From Eledone cirrhosa (taxonomy: Eukaryota): a DNA stretch of 64,000 nt. The position numbers and the translations under genes were made by a program. The stretch lies in the NCBI GenBank assembly GCA_964016885.1, contig OZ024741.1, positions 165,044,001 to 165,108,000 on the forward strand, read 5' to 3'. Shown one piece after another: positions 12,690 to 26,000 of this stretch. Each line of letters opens with the position of its first letter. Within the stretch, counting starts at the first letter, position 1. Under the pieces are notes generated by a model that saw only the letters and a program-made list of their open reading frames with translations, searched no databases and had not been told where the DNA came from.

Positions 12690-13020
12690 CTCAACAACAA
12701 AAGCACTCAGTCCATCCTGTAAGGTGGTCATGCTGGTGACCGGGCAAAAAGTACCTAGTCCACCATGTAAGGTGGTCGTGTTGGTGACATGATAATAATC
12801 GCCCAGTTCACCCTGTAAGGTGGTCGTTTCAGTGCCACGATAAAATTCACCCAGTCCACACTGTAACATGCTTGGCATTAAGAAGGACAGCCAGCCATAG
12901 AAACCAAGCAAAATACAGATTTGCATGAGCGTAACATGGTCTCTAGTCCTAACTTGTCTGATAACATGACAACCCATGCAAGCATGGAAAATGGACGTTA
13001 GATAATGATGATGATGATTA
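12690..13020 (+). mobile_element. Non-autonomous element related to the RTE 3'UTR, with ~39-bp internal subrepeats
   Basis: Repeated (a)gtccac..tgtaaggtggtc units, then acccatgcaagcatggaaaatggacgttag(atg)n, matching the LINE 3'UTR at 17763-18120. Similar copies at ~9270-9450, ~15205-15450, ~18530-18870 and ~32810-32980. Confidence 0.7.
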
Positions 13021-13430
13021 CATTTACATAAAGCTACATACACCACGCGATATATGACATAACAAAGGCAAAAATGTATAACATCAGTTAAAACTTTGAT
13101 TCCTTACTCAGATTTCTTAACTCTCTCAAGATATGCCTTCTGGAGAAGCTTGTACAAACATATTCAGTAAATAATGTAAACCTAGTGTTTATTCACGTAG
13201 TTTCATATATCACTAACTGACCACAGCTGTGTTGAATGGAAAACACATTTACACCCACATATATAGGTACAAGCATGGTTGTGTGATTAAGGAGTACACA
13301 TTGAAAGCATTTGGTTTAGGGTTCAGTCCCAATATATATCTTTTATTATATCTTTGGGTTGACTGATGCTTTATAAGTGAAATTTGATAAACAGAAACTG
13401 TGTGAAAGTCATATATATATATATATATAT

Positions 13431-13625
13431 ATAGGAAAATAGTCAGGACCCCAACAGCTGAGCTCTGGCCATTTCGACAGCTAGATCTGATCAGTTCGGA
13501 TCTAAACAGCCGGAGCTCAGCGGTCGGGGGTCCTGACCATTTTCCTATTACCCACTCTACTACCCTAAGTATCGAGTACTCTGGTGCGTTATGGTCCACC
13601 TGGCTTCTTACCACACTTTTTTTGT
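13431..13625 (+). mobile_element. Hairpin-plus-tail repeat family, copy 1
   Basis: Fold-back 13431-13548 (ataggaaaatagtcaggacccc / ggggtcctgaccattttcctat) plus a ~75-bp tail tacccactctactaccctaagtatcgagtact that is shared with 37002-37205. Embedded in (TA)n. Confidence 0.8.
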
Positions 13626-13656
<31 letters not shown>

Positions 13657-14760
13657 TAAACATTAATTAGTCACGGCATGTGTGTGTATATATATATATA
13701 TACACTCACACACACACATGCATGTATGTATGTATGTAAATGCATAGGTGTGTGTCTGAGCCCATCTGTATCTGTATTTACCTACATCACATGACTTAGC
13801 AGTTCAAACCAACACCATATGATTGTAAAACAAACTTCCTGACGACATAACCATACCTATACATAATATTGCTTTCTGTACAGGCACAAGGCCAGAGGTT
13901 TGTAGGGTGTGACATTCACTCACAGTATTTGACTGGTACTTTATTTTATCATTATCAACCTCAGAAGAATGCAAAGCAAAGTTAACATTATTGAGATTTG
14001 AAATGAAAATGTTGGAAAATATGCAGCATGGCATTTTGTCTGAAGCTTGAACACTTTTGTTTGAAGCTTTAATAGTATTGATTTCTCACATAGACACAAA
14101 ACCTCAAGTTTAGGAGAAGGTAACAGTCAATTATATTTGAACCTGGTACTTGAGATGCAAAGCTCACTTTAGTGGAATTTGAACTCAAAACACAGAGAGA
14201 TGATGTGATGTTGACTTCTTTATTTGTCCCAATAAATTGTAGTGTTTATACCAATCAGTCTCAGGAATCAGTAATGTAATCCATTTCTCTCAGTATATAT
14301 ATTTCAAACTCTGACTGTAATGACTGCACATTCATAAGTATAGCATAAGAACAAGGAGCTGTTGATGTTTTGATGCTAATTACTTGCAGTGAAGCAATTA
14401 GGTTGCTAATGAAACAGAAAAAAAAAAAAAAAACTGATTAAGTTAGCCACATAAAAAGAACCATAAAATGAAGTGAAGATGTGTCAGTTGACGACCCATA
14501 AAAGTAGACCATTAAATGCCAATGTGATGAAGTGCTGACTCCCATTCACAGTTTACTGATTCTGTTTCATAGTAGTTTCTTATATACATCAAACCATAAC
14601 CTAATATTGATTTATTTTAATTAGGCAGCATCAGATTTATTTTTTTTATATAGGTCAGCAGAAATATGGTGGAGTTACATACATACAATATTCCATTGAT
14701 TGTAGTAGAATATTTTGTTTGTTTTACATTAGAACAAGATCAAAGTCATGAACTTATCTG

Positions 14761-15017
14761 TTAACCCTTTTTGATACTAAACTGCTTCAAACTGTTTCTC
14801 ATTCTATGCTACAAAAGCATTTATATTTATCTAAAATCTTTCCATCATAATTTTATGAAGGGATCTTTATTAAGTTATGTTCTAAACATAACTTATACTC
14901 AATAATGTGGAAAGTTAGTTATATTATTTGATTTTTCCAAAGATTTGATTATTTTCAAAGTTATTTGAAAATGATATGCAGTGCCTTTCTTTAGAAATAC
15001 AGGAATGGATGGTTTAA
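14761..15017 (+). mobile_element. Older TTAA/CCC-terminated MITE (family B)
   Basis: Starts ttaacccttttgatac; similar to 45056-45240 (+) and ~44500-44840 (-). Termini are degenerate. Confidence 0.45.
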
Positions 15018-15529
15018 TATAAGTATAACAACACTTTGTAAATTATAAACCTCATTAAGAAAAGTAACAAATGTAAGCATATTTTGTTATTCTCTTTATA
15101 CTTATCCATTATTAAATATCTATTTCCTATGTCTAGTCAGGCATGGGAAATAGATATTGAATGATTATGATACTGTAGTCTTCTCTGCCTTCTATATCCC
15201 TGACAAACCTTTCTTGTCCAACCCATACATGCATGGAAAGCCAGATATGTTCCACACCATATCTCCCACAGTGCTGGTGCCATGACAAGAAGTATCTGGC
15301 CAACCCTGTATGGTGGTAGTGCTAGTACCACAAAAAAAGCACCCAGACCATCTTGTAAAGTGGCAGTGGTGCACACAAAAAAAAAAGCTCTCAGAACATG
15401 TAATGTGGTTAGTATTAGGGAAGTTATCCAGCCTCAGAAAACCATGCAAGTATGGGAAATAGAAATAGAAAGTTGCATATTTTGAATTAGTCAAAATAGG
15501 CAAGACTCCTAAACCTGGCCCCATAAAAA

Positions 15530-15760
15530 AGGCATGTTGTCTAGTGGTTATTCCTGGACCAGGTCACCCATTGTGACCTTGAGCAAAGAACTTCATTTCA
15601 CATTACACCAGTCTTCTCAATAGAAAAATGAATTCTAGGAGCAACAGGAGTTGGGGTTTAACTTATAATACATTGGGGTCCTGGGAGTCTTGTACTCCCA
15701 GTTTTAACAGAACATGAAACTGGTATAGGTTCCATTCTGATGAGCCACGAGGCTCAAGAA
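15530..15760 (+). mobile_element. Decayed second SINE family (CORE/Deu-like)
   Basis: gtctagtggtta head, gtgaccttgagcaa..cttcatttcacatt core, gaaactgg..ctgatgagcc 3' end. Antisense relatives at ~11560-11725 and ~51215-51315. Confidence 0.5.
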
Positions 15761-16223
15761 AGTTTTTAACTGTAGAAAAATGTCTTTAACTGCACAAAAA
15801 GACTTTAATGGCTCAAGAAAGACTTTAACTGGACAACAATATAAGCTAATAATTATCAAACGACAATAAAATCTCTCTTGACATGAGAGAAAACATCAGA
15901 AATATTCTCAGTGGAGTGTGTAATGAATGGCTCAATATGAGATCTTCACCCAAACAATACAACCACCACCACCACCACCACCACCACCACCACCACCAAC
16001 AGCAACCACAACAGGATTTTTTGTTTGTCATTAGTAATACAATATTAGTAAAAGGAAAAAAAAGACAAGTATTGCAAATGGCTGCAACAAACTCTACTAA
16101 AAGCCAAAGATAGCCTTTTTCTCAATATCTCTTTACTAAACACTACCTGGAATATGACGTATGGTTATGAGATGTAAAACCTGTCTTGTCAAGAGGATTT
16201 GATACCATATACAATATATATAT

Positions 16224-17762
16224 ATTAACCAAGTCGTACAGAATGGGGTTGTTCCGAAGGACTGGCATAGCAGCATCATCGTTAACTGTTATAAGGGTAA
16301 AGGAGACGCCCTAGATAGGAGTAACTATAGAGGCATTAAATTAATCGACCAGGTCATGAAGGTCACGGAAAAAGTAATAGCGCAACTAATCAGAGAGAGA
16401 ATTGACCTAGATGAAATGCAGTTCGGGTTTGTGTCAGGCAAAAGCACCACAGACGCTCTTTTCATAGTACGACAACTACAGGAGAAGTACCTAGCTAAAG
16501 GTAAACCCCTCTACTTAGCTTTTGTCGACCTGGAGAAAGCCTTCGACAGAGTCCCCCGCTCCATTATCTGGTGGGCTCTTAGAAAACTAGGCGTTGACGA
16601 ATGGCTTGTGAGGGCTATACAAGCCATGTATAAAGAAACAGTCAGTAAGGTTAGAATTAACAACGAATATAGTGAAGAGTTTAGCGTAAAAGTTGGCGTC
16701 CATCAGGGCTCCGTTCTCAGCCCCCTACTATTTATTATTGCCCTTCAGGCTATAACAGAGGAGTTCAAGACAGGCTGCCCATGGGAACTCCTATACGCAG
16801 ACGACCTGACACTCATAGCGGAATCAATGGCCGAGCTAGAGAAGAAATTCCAAACATGGAAGCACGGCCTAGAGTCAAAAGGACTTAAAATTAACCTGGC
16901 TAAGACCAAAGTTCTAGTTTGTAGGAAAGAAAACAAGGCGGCGGTCCCTTCTGGGAAATGGTCGTGCTCGGTGTGTAGGAAAGGCGTAGGTAGAAACTCC
17001 ATTTTATGTCCTAAATGCAAAGTATGGGTGCATAAAAGATGTAGTGGGATCACAGGTAAGCTAACTAAGAACATAGATTTTACATGTGGCCGGTGTTCTG
17101 GTGCAATAAGTAGCAGCAAGTGCCCACAAAATACTAGCTCTTTCAATTGCGCAGAGGGTTCTATAGAAATAGTGGACAGCTTCCGTTACCTGGGCAATAA
17201 AATCAGCAGTGGGGGAGGGTGCTCTGAAAGTACTGTAGCTAGAGTCAGAACTGGTTGGAAAAAGTTCAGAGAGCTTATACCACTATTAGCTGCTAAAGGG
17301 TTCTCCCTAAAAATGAAAGGCAGGTTGTACGATGCCTGCATACGAACAGCAATGTTGCATGGTAGTGAGACCTGGGCATTGTGTGCAGAGGATATACGCA
17401 GACTAGAGAGGAACGAAGCTTGCATGCTCCGCTGGATGTGTAACAGTAATATACGTGAACGGCAAAGCATAAACGAACTAAGGAAAAAATTAGAGATAAG
17501 AGGGATCAGATGTTGTTTACTCGAGAGAAGGCTGCGTTGGTATGGACACGTGATGCGCATGAAAGTCGACAGCTGTATAACAAAGTGCAGGGCAATAAAG
17601 ATAGACGGTGGCCACGGAATAGGCAGACCTAGAAAAACATGGGATGAGCTGATAAACTCCGACCTCACACACTTACACCTCTCCAAGACAATGTCACTGG
17701 ACCGAGACCTTTGGCGGTACTCAGTAACAGAGAAGACCCGCCTTGCCAGTAGGCATCTCTAA
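16224..17762 (+). CDS. RTE LINE ORF (partial): reverse transcriptase with an inserted PHD-type zinc finger
   Basis: The frame is open 44 codons upstream of the 16356 ATG (PKDWHSSIIVNCYKGKGD..NYRGIKL). Motifs QFGF, FVDLEKAFD, GVHQGSVLSP, LLYADD, FRYLG, RLRWYGHV, GRPRKTW and DRDLWR. C4HC3 finger at 16965-17096. The endonuclease domain was lost by truncation. Confidence 0.92.
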   Translation: MNQVVQNGVVPKDWHSSIIVNCYKGKGDALDRSNYRGIKLIDQVMKVTEKVIAQLIRERIDLDEMQFGFVSGKSTTDALFIVRQLQEKYLAKGKPLYLAFVDLEKAFDRVPRSIIWWALRKLGVDEWLVRAIQAMYKETVSKVRINNEYSEEFSVKVGVHQGSVLSPLLFIIALQAITEEFKTGCPWELLYADDLTLIAESMAELEKKFQTWKHGLESKGLKINLAKTKVLVCRKENKAAVPSGKWSCSVCRKGVGRNSILCPKCKVWVHKRCSGITGKLTKNIDFTCGRCSGAISSSKCPQNTSSFNCAEGSIEIVDSFRYLGNKISSGGGCSESTVARVRTGWKKFRELIPLLAAKGFSLKMKGRLYDACIRTAMLHGSETWALCAEDIRRLERNEACMLRWMCNSNIRERQSINELRKKLEIRGIRCCLLERRLRWYGHVMRMKVDSCITKCRAIKIDGGHGIGRPRKTWDELINSDLTHLHLSKTMSLDRDLWRYSVTEKTRLASRHL

Positions 17763-18120
17763 CAAAATACACCCCGTCCCGCCACCACCCCCACCCCATC
17801 CACACCACCCCGTTCTATGTAAAGTTATGTTGGTGCCGCGCCATCCAGGCCGAAACAAATGAGATCGTGTAGGTGTCACGACAAAAAACACACAGTCCAC
17901 GCTGTAATGTGGCCGTGTAGGCAACACGGTAAAAACCTCCCAGACCCACACTGTAAATGTGGTTGGTGTTAGGAAGGGCATCCAACTGTAGAAAACCTGC
18001 CAGACAGTCCTATGCAAGCAAGACAATCACTCTTGCCTCAAGTGGGACTACCCCCGTCCAAACCCATGCAAGCGTGGAACACGGACGTTAAACGTTGATG
18101 ATGATGATGATGATGATGAT
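16224..18120 (+). mobile_element. 5'-truncated RTE-clade LINE with (GAT)n tail, inserted in (TA)n
   Basis: Uninterrupted RT frame, a 3'UTR at 17763-18097 ending acggacgttaaacgtt(gat)n, and (TA)n on both flanks. Confidence 0.95.
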
Positions 18121-19553
18121 ATATATATATATATATAAATATATATAATACACACACACATACATAAGTTGTTGATAGGTTTGCAGTGTAGGTGATGTAA
18201 TTAACAAATTAACAGTAGAGAAGGTTGCTCAAAGAATAAAGTAGCTAGAATAAGAACAAGATAGAAAATGTTCAAAGAGTTACAACCTCTGTTGACAAAA
18301 GTCTTCTCTCTATCAATGAAAGGCCAGATGTATGATGCCCGCATGGGAAGTGTGGCATTCTATGGCAATGCAGGCAGAGAATATGTGAAGCGAGGAGAGA
18401 AATGAAGTGATCATGCTTTGACGGATGTGTTAAAAAAGACCTATCCAAGCCATACAAGCATGGAAAAGCAGATGTAAAATAATGATACAGATCATTATGA
18501 TATATGTTTTTTTTTTAATGACAACAACATGTATTTGTAGTGTTGGTGCCATGATAAAGCACCCAGTCCACCCTGTAAGAAAGTAATGCTAGTGCAATGA
18601 AAAATGATCTTAGTACATGCTGTAAAATGGTTGACATTATGAAGGGTACTTGGCAGTAGAAACCATGCTCCCAGTACACACTGTAAAATGGTTGACATTA
18701 GGAAGGGCATCTAGCCACAGAAACCATGCTCCCAGTACACTAAACCAAAAACAGAACATATGAGCAAGACAGATCACCTGACCTGTTTAGCCTCAGGATG
18801 TAACAAACTATCAAACTCACGCAAACATGGAAGATAGATATTAAATGGTAACGATGATGATGATGATGATATGTATTATTTATTTAATGATCCTAGTGAA
18901 TTTAACTCCCAATCTTGGGTAAACCTAAAGCTATGGTAAATGACACTTGTTTAAGATGCCATGCAGTGGAATTAAACCAGGAATATATGATAGTGAAGCA
19001 AACTTCTTAAACATTCAGCCATGATGTACCCACTTACTACAAGGAGACTGTTAGATGCAATATTCATTGTATATTGATTAATCATTGATCACAATATTAT
19101 CTCCAAAGCAAGAGTATAACTGTAATTGTGGTTACCTCTGAAAGAGTGAAAGGGAAAATAGTGTGTGTGTGTGTGTGTGAGTGTGCTCACATACTGAAGT
19201 AGCTGACATCTTGCATGCTTTCCACTCATCAAAGGAAATGGTCCCATTATTGTTGAGAGGAAGAGTAATAATGGTAGCAATGTGGTTCATTACACTGCAC
19301 CAGTATGTATCAAACACAATGGCCACTTATAATATATAAATGGAAGACACTTGTTTATTCACAGCTACCTTTAATACACTTAGATGATTCTAATTACGAT
19401 GATGATTATATCAATAGATTTGTTAATTTCCATTATATTCTATTGATTCAGGGATTGTAGAACATGATCATGAATTGCTACACTGTAGAACAAAAACAAT
19501 ACAAATATGAATATTAACTGTTAAAGTTGTAGTATAATACAATTTAAGACTAT

Positions 19554-19755
19554 TTAACCCTTTCGCATTTAAACCAGCTATATCCGGCCAGAATTCTCTC
19601 ACCTCTTTCTGTTCAAACCAGTTGTAACTGGCTGCACATACTGATGAGAAGGTATTGTTCTAAAAAAAAAAAAAAAATTCTCATTGATTCAATATTGTGT
19701 GAAATAATTATGTGAAGTAAAGCTTTTACCATGAAAATACAATAGTAAATATAAA
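19554..19755 (+). mobile_element. piggyBac-like MITE family A, right end missing
   Basis: TTAA|ccctttcgcatttaaaccagc..gaattctctcacctctttctgttcaaacc; ends where the LINE fragment begins. Confidence 0.85.
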
Positions 19756-19756
19756 A

Positions 19757-20061
19757 AATGTCCCTCAAAAGCCTCAACATCAATCCCAGTGGCCGAGAAT
19801 CAGTTGCCCTGGATTGCCCAACCTGGCAAAAAAAAAAAAAATCTTTGAAAGAGCATTTGCCACAGAAACCAGATGCATCACAGTATGCCCTCCATGCACA
19901 AGATGTGGGCCACATCTACTTCCACTATAGCACTTATCCATAACACTCACTTGTGGGCATGGCTTTCCAGGCCTGGATTGCATTCTAGACCCAGAGCAAA
20001 AGATCCTCCCTGCAACATTGAAATCATGATCCTCTTCGAATCAGAAGAATGAACAACAACA
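19757..20061 (+). mobile_element. Decayed RTE-BovB-like LINE 3' end
   Basis: SLKSLNINPSGRESVALDCPTW resembles LKxxxIxxxxWExxAxDRxxW. Terminal atgatcctcttcgaatcagaagaatgaacaacaac. Confidence 0.55.
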
Positions 20062-20074
20062 GTATGATTCAAAT

Positions 20075-23000
20075 GATAGCTGTTATAAAAGTAGTTGAAA
20101 TATAATAACTGTGATAGGAGCAGGATAAGTATAACCATTAACTGTTATAGGAACGGTAGGAACAAGACTAATAACTGCTATAGGAGTAGGATAAATGTAA
20201 CTTAACCGTTATCAGAACAGTAGGAATGAGATTAATAACTGTTATAGAAGCAGGATAAATATAACTGCTAACTGTTATAGGAACAGTAGGAACGAGACTA
20301 ATAACTGTTATAGGAACAGTAGGAACAAGACTAATAACTGTTATAGGAACAGTAGGAACAAGACTAATAACTGTTATAGGAAAAGTAGGAACACGACTAA
20401 TAACTGTTATAGGAACAGTAGGAACACGACTAATAACTGTTATAGGAACAGTAGGAACACAACTAATAACTGTTATAGGAACAGTAGGAACAAGACTAAT
20501 AACTGTTATAGGAACAGGATGAATATAACTGGTAACTGTTATATGAACAGTAGGAACACGACTAATAACTGTTATAGGAACAGTAGGAACAAGACTAATA
20601 ACTGTTATAGGAACAGTAGGAACAAGACTAATAACTGTTATAGGAACAGTAGGAACAAGACTAATAACTGTTATAGGAACAGTAGGAACAAGACTAATAA
20701 CAGTTATAGGAACAGTAGGAACAAGACTAATAACTGTTATAGGAACAGTAGGAACAAGACTAATAACTGTTATAGGAACAGTAGGAACAAGACTAATAAC
20801 TGTTATAGGAACAGTAGGAACAAGACTAATAACTGTTATAGGAACAGTAGGAACACGACTAATAACTGTTATAGGAACAGTAGGAACAAGACTAACTGTT
20901 ATAGGAACATTAGGAACAAGACTAATAACTGTTATAGGAACAGTAGGAACAAGACTAATAACTGTTATAGGAACAGTAGGAACAAGACTAATAACTGTTA
21001 TAGGAACATTAGGAACAAGACTAATAACTGTTATAGGAACAGTAGGAACACGACTAATAACTGTTATAGGAACAGTAGGAACACGGCTAATAACTGTTAT
21101 AGGAACAGTAGGAACACGACTACTAACTGTTATAGGAACAGTAGGAACAAGACTAATAACTGTTATAGGAACAGTAGGAACAAGACTAATAACTGTTATA
21201 GGAACAGGATGAATATAACTGCTAACTGTTATAGGAGCAGTAGGAACACGACTAATAACTGTTATAGGAACAGTAGGAACAAGACTAATAACTGTTATAG
21301 GAACAGTAGGAACAAGACTAATAACTGTTATAGGAACAGTAGGAACAAGACTAATAACTATTATAGGAATAGTAGGAACAAGACTAACTGTTAAAGGAAC
21401 AGTAGGAACACGACTAATAACTGTTATAGGAACAGTAGGAACACGACTAATAACTGTTATAGGAACAGTAGGAACAAGACTAATAACTGTTATAGGAACA
21501 TTAGGAACAAGACTAATAACTGTTATAGGAACAGTAGGAACACGACTAATAACTGTTATAGGAACAGTAGGAACACGACTAATAACTGTTATAGGAAAAG
21601 TAGGAACAAGACTAATAACTGTTATAGGAACAGTAGGAACAAGACTAATAACTGTTATAGGAACATTAGGAACAAGACTAATAACTGTTATAGGAACAGT
21701 AGGAACACGACTAATAACTGTTATAGGAACAGTAGGAACACGGCTAATAACTGTTATAGGAACAGTAGGAACACGACTACTAACTGTTATAGGAACAGTA
21801 GGAACAAGACTAATAACTGTTATAGGAACAGTAGGAACAAGACTAATAACTGTTATAGGAACAGGATGAATATAACTGCTAACTGTTATAGGAGCAGTAG
21901 GAACACGACTAATAACTGTTATAGGAACAGTAGGAACAAGACTAATAACTGTTATAGGAACAGTAGGAACAAGACTAATAACTGTTATAGGAACAGTAGG
22001 AACAAGACTAATAACTATTATAGGAATAGTAGGAACAAGACTAACTGTTAAAGGAACAGTAGGAACACGACTAATAACTGTTATAGGAACAGTAGGAACA
22101 CGACTAATAACTGTTATAGGAACAGTAGGAACAAGACTAATAACTGTTATAGGAACATTAGGAACAAGACTAATAACTGTTATAGGAACAGTAGGAACAC
22201 GACTAATAACTGTTATAGGAACAGTAGGAACACGACTAATAACTGTTATAGGAAAAGTAGGAACAAGACTAATAACTGTTATAGGAACAGTAGGAACAAG
22301 ACTAATAACTGTTATAGGAACAGTAGGAACACGACTAATAACTGTTATAGGAACAGTAGGAACAAGACTAATAACTGTTATAGGAAAAGTAGGAACAAGA
22401 CTGATAACTGTTATAGGAACAGTAGGAACACGACTAATAACTATTATAGGAACAGTAGGAACAAGACTAATAACTGTTATAGGAACAGTAGGAACAAGAC
22501 TAATAACTGTTATAGGAACAGTAGGAACACCACTAATAACTGTTATAGGAACAGTAGGAACAAGACTAATAACTGTTATAGGAACAGTAGGAACAAGACT
22601 AATAACTGTTATAGGAACAAGACTAATAACTGTTATAGGAACAGTAGGAACAAGACTAATAACTGTTATAGGAACAGTAGGAACACGACTAATAACTGTT
22701 ATAGGAACAGTAGGAACGAGACTAATATCTGTTATAGGAACAGTAGGAACAAGACTAATAACTGTTATAGGAAAAGTAGGAACAAGACTAATAACTGTTA
22801 TAGGAACAGTAGGAACAAGACTAATAACTGTTATAGGAACAGTAGGAACAAGACTAATAACTGTTATAGGAACAGTAGGAACACGACTAATAACTGTTAT
22901 AGGAACAGTAGGAACAAGACTAATAACTGTTATAGGAACAGTAGGAACAAGACTAATAACTGTTATAGGAACAGTAGGAACAAGACTAATAACTGTTATA

Positions 23001-26000
23001 GGAACAGTAGGAACAAGACTAATAACTGTTATAGGAACAAGACTAATAACTGTTATAGGAACAGTAGTAACAAGACTAATAACTGTTATAGGAACAGTAG
23101 GAACACGACTAATAACTGTTATAGGAACAGTAGGAACGAGACTAATAACTGTTATAGGAACAGTAGGAACACGACTAATAACTATTATAGGAACAGTAGG
23201 AACAAGACTAATAACTGTTATAGGAACAGTAGGAACAAGACTAATAACTGTTATAGGAACAGTAGGAACACGACTAATAACTGTTATAGGAACAGTAGGA
23301 ACAAGACTAATAACTGTTATAGGAACAGTAGGAACAAGACTAATAACTTTTATAGGAACAGTAGGAACAAGACTAATAACGGTTATAGGAACAGGATGAA
23401 TATAACTGCTAACTGTTATAGGAACAATAGGAACACGACTAATAACTGTTATAGGAACAGTAGGAACAAGACTAATAACTGTTATAGGAACAGTAGGAAC
23501 AAGACTAATAACTGTTATAGGAACAGTAGGAACAAGACTAATAACTATTATAGGAATAGTAGGAACAAGACTAACTGTTAAAGGAACAGTAGGAACACGA
23601 CTAATAACTGTTATAGGAACAGTAGGAACACGACTAATAACTGTTATAGGAACAGTAGGAACAAGACTAATAACTGTTATAGGAACATTAGGAACAAGAC
23701 TAATAACTGTTATAGGAACAGTAGGAACACGACTAATAACTGTTATAGGAACAGTAGGAACACGACTAATAACTGTTATAGGAAAAGTAGGAACAAGACT
23801 AATAACTGTTATAGGAACAGTAGGAACACGACTAATAACTGTTATAGGAACAGTAGGAACAAGACTAATAACTGTTATAGGAAAAGTAGGAACAAGACTG
23901 ATAACTGTTATAGGAACAGTAGGAACACGACTAATAACTATTATAGGAACAGTAGGAACAAGACTAATAACTGTTATAGGAACAGTAGGAAGAAGACTAA
24001 TAACTGTTATAGGAACAGTAGGAACACGACTAATAACTGTTATAGGAACAGTAGGAACAAGACTAATAACTGTTATAGGAACAGTAGGAACAAGACTAAT
24101 AACTGTTATAGGAACAGTAGGAACAAGACTAATAACTGTTATAGGAACAGTAGGAACAAGACTAATAACTGTTATAGGAACAGTAGGAACGAGACTAATA
24201 ACTGTTATAGGAACAGTAGGAACGAGACTAATAACTGTTATAGGAAAAGTAGGAACAAGACTAATAACTGTTATAGGAACAGTAGGAACTAGACTAATAA
24301 CTGTTATAGGAACAGTAGGAACAAGACTAATAACTGTTATAGGAACAGTAGGAACAAGACTAATAACTGTTATAGGAACAGTAGGAACACGACTAATAAC
24401 TGTTATAGGAACAGTAGGAACAAGACTAATAACTGTTATAGGAACAGTAGGAACAAGACTAATAACTGTTATAGGAACAAGACTAATAACTGTTATAGGA
24501 ACAGTAGTAACAAGACTAATAACTGTTATAGGAACAGTAGGAACCCGACTAATAACTGTTATAGGAACAGTAGGAACGAGACTAATAACTGTTATAGGAA
24601 CAGTAGGAACACGACTAATAACTATTATAGGAACAGTAGGAACAAGACTAATAACTGTTATAGGAACAGTAGGAACAAGACTAATAACTGTTATAGGAAC
24701 AGTAGGAACACGACTAATAACTGTTATAGGAACAGTAGGAACAAGACTAATAGCTGTTATAGGAACAGTAGGAACACGACTAATAACTGTTATAGGAACA
24801 GTAGGAACAAGACTAATAACTGTTATAGGAACAGTAGGAACAAGACTAATAACTGTTATAGGAACAGTAGGAACAAGACTAATAACTGTTATAGGAACAG
24901 TAGGAACAAGACTAATAACTGTTATAGGAACAGTAGGAACAAGACTAATAACTGTTATAGGAACAAGACTAATAACTGTTATAGGAACAGTAGGAACAAG
25001 ACTAATAACTGTTATAGGAACAGTAGGAACAAGACTAATAACTGTTATAGGAACAGTAGGAACACGACTAATAACTGTTATAGGAACAGTAGGAACACGA
25101 CTAATAACTGTTATAGGAACAGTAGGAACAAGACTAATAACTGTTATAGGAACAGTAGGAACAAGACTAATAACTGTTATAGGAACAGTAGGAACAAGAC
25201 TAATAACTGTTATAGGAACAGTAGGAACAAGACTAATAACTATTATAGGAATAGTAGGAACAAGACTAACTGTTAAAGGAACAGTAGGAACACGACTAAT
25301 AACTGTTATAGGAACAGTAGGAACACGACTAATAACTGTTATAGGAACAGTAGGAACAAGACTAATAACTGTTATAGGAACATTAGGAACAAGACTAATA
25401 ACTGTTATAGGAACAGTAGGAACACGACTAATAACTGTTATATGAACAGTAGGAACACGACTAATAACTGTTATAGGAAAAGTAGGAACAAGACTAATAA
25501 CTGTTATAGGAACAGTAGGAACACGACTAATAACTGTTATAGGAACAGTAGGAACAAGACTAATAACTGTTATAGGAAAAGTAGGAACAAGACTGATAAC
25601 TGTTATAGGAACAGTAGGAACACGACTAATAACTATTATAGGAACAGTAGGAACAAGACTAATAACTGTTATAGGAACAGTAGGAACAAGACTAATAACT
25701 GTTATAGGAACAGTAGGAACACGACTAATAACTGTTATAGGAACAGTAGGAACAAGACTAATAACTGTTATAGGAACAGTAGGAACAAGACTAATAACTG
25801 TTATAGGAACAGTAGGAACAAGACTAATAACTGTTATAGGAACAGTAGGAACAAGACTAATAACTGTTATAGGAACAGTAGGAACAAGACTAATATCTGT
25901 TATAGGAACAGTAGGAACGAGACTAATAACTGTTATAGGAACAGTAGGAACAAGACTAATAACTGTTATAGGAACAGTAGGAACAAGACTAATAACTGTT

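Noticed and set aside
15735-15765. Hammerhead at ctgatgagccacgaggctcaagaaag
   Set aside because: GAAA is not adjacent to stem II and there is no stem I or III. It is the 3' end of a SINE.
16745-17686. Antisense ORFs overlapping the LINE (also 4635-5177 over the transposase)
   Set aside because: Shadow frames of real transposon coding sequence, with no recognisable motifs.
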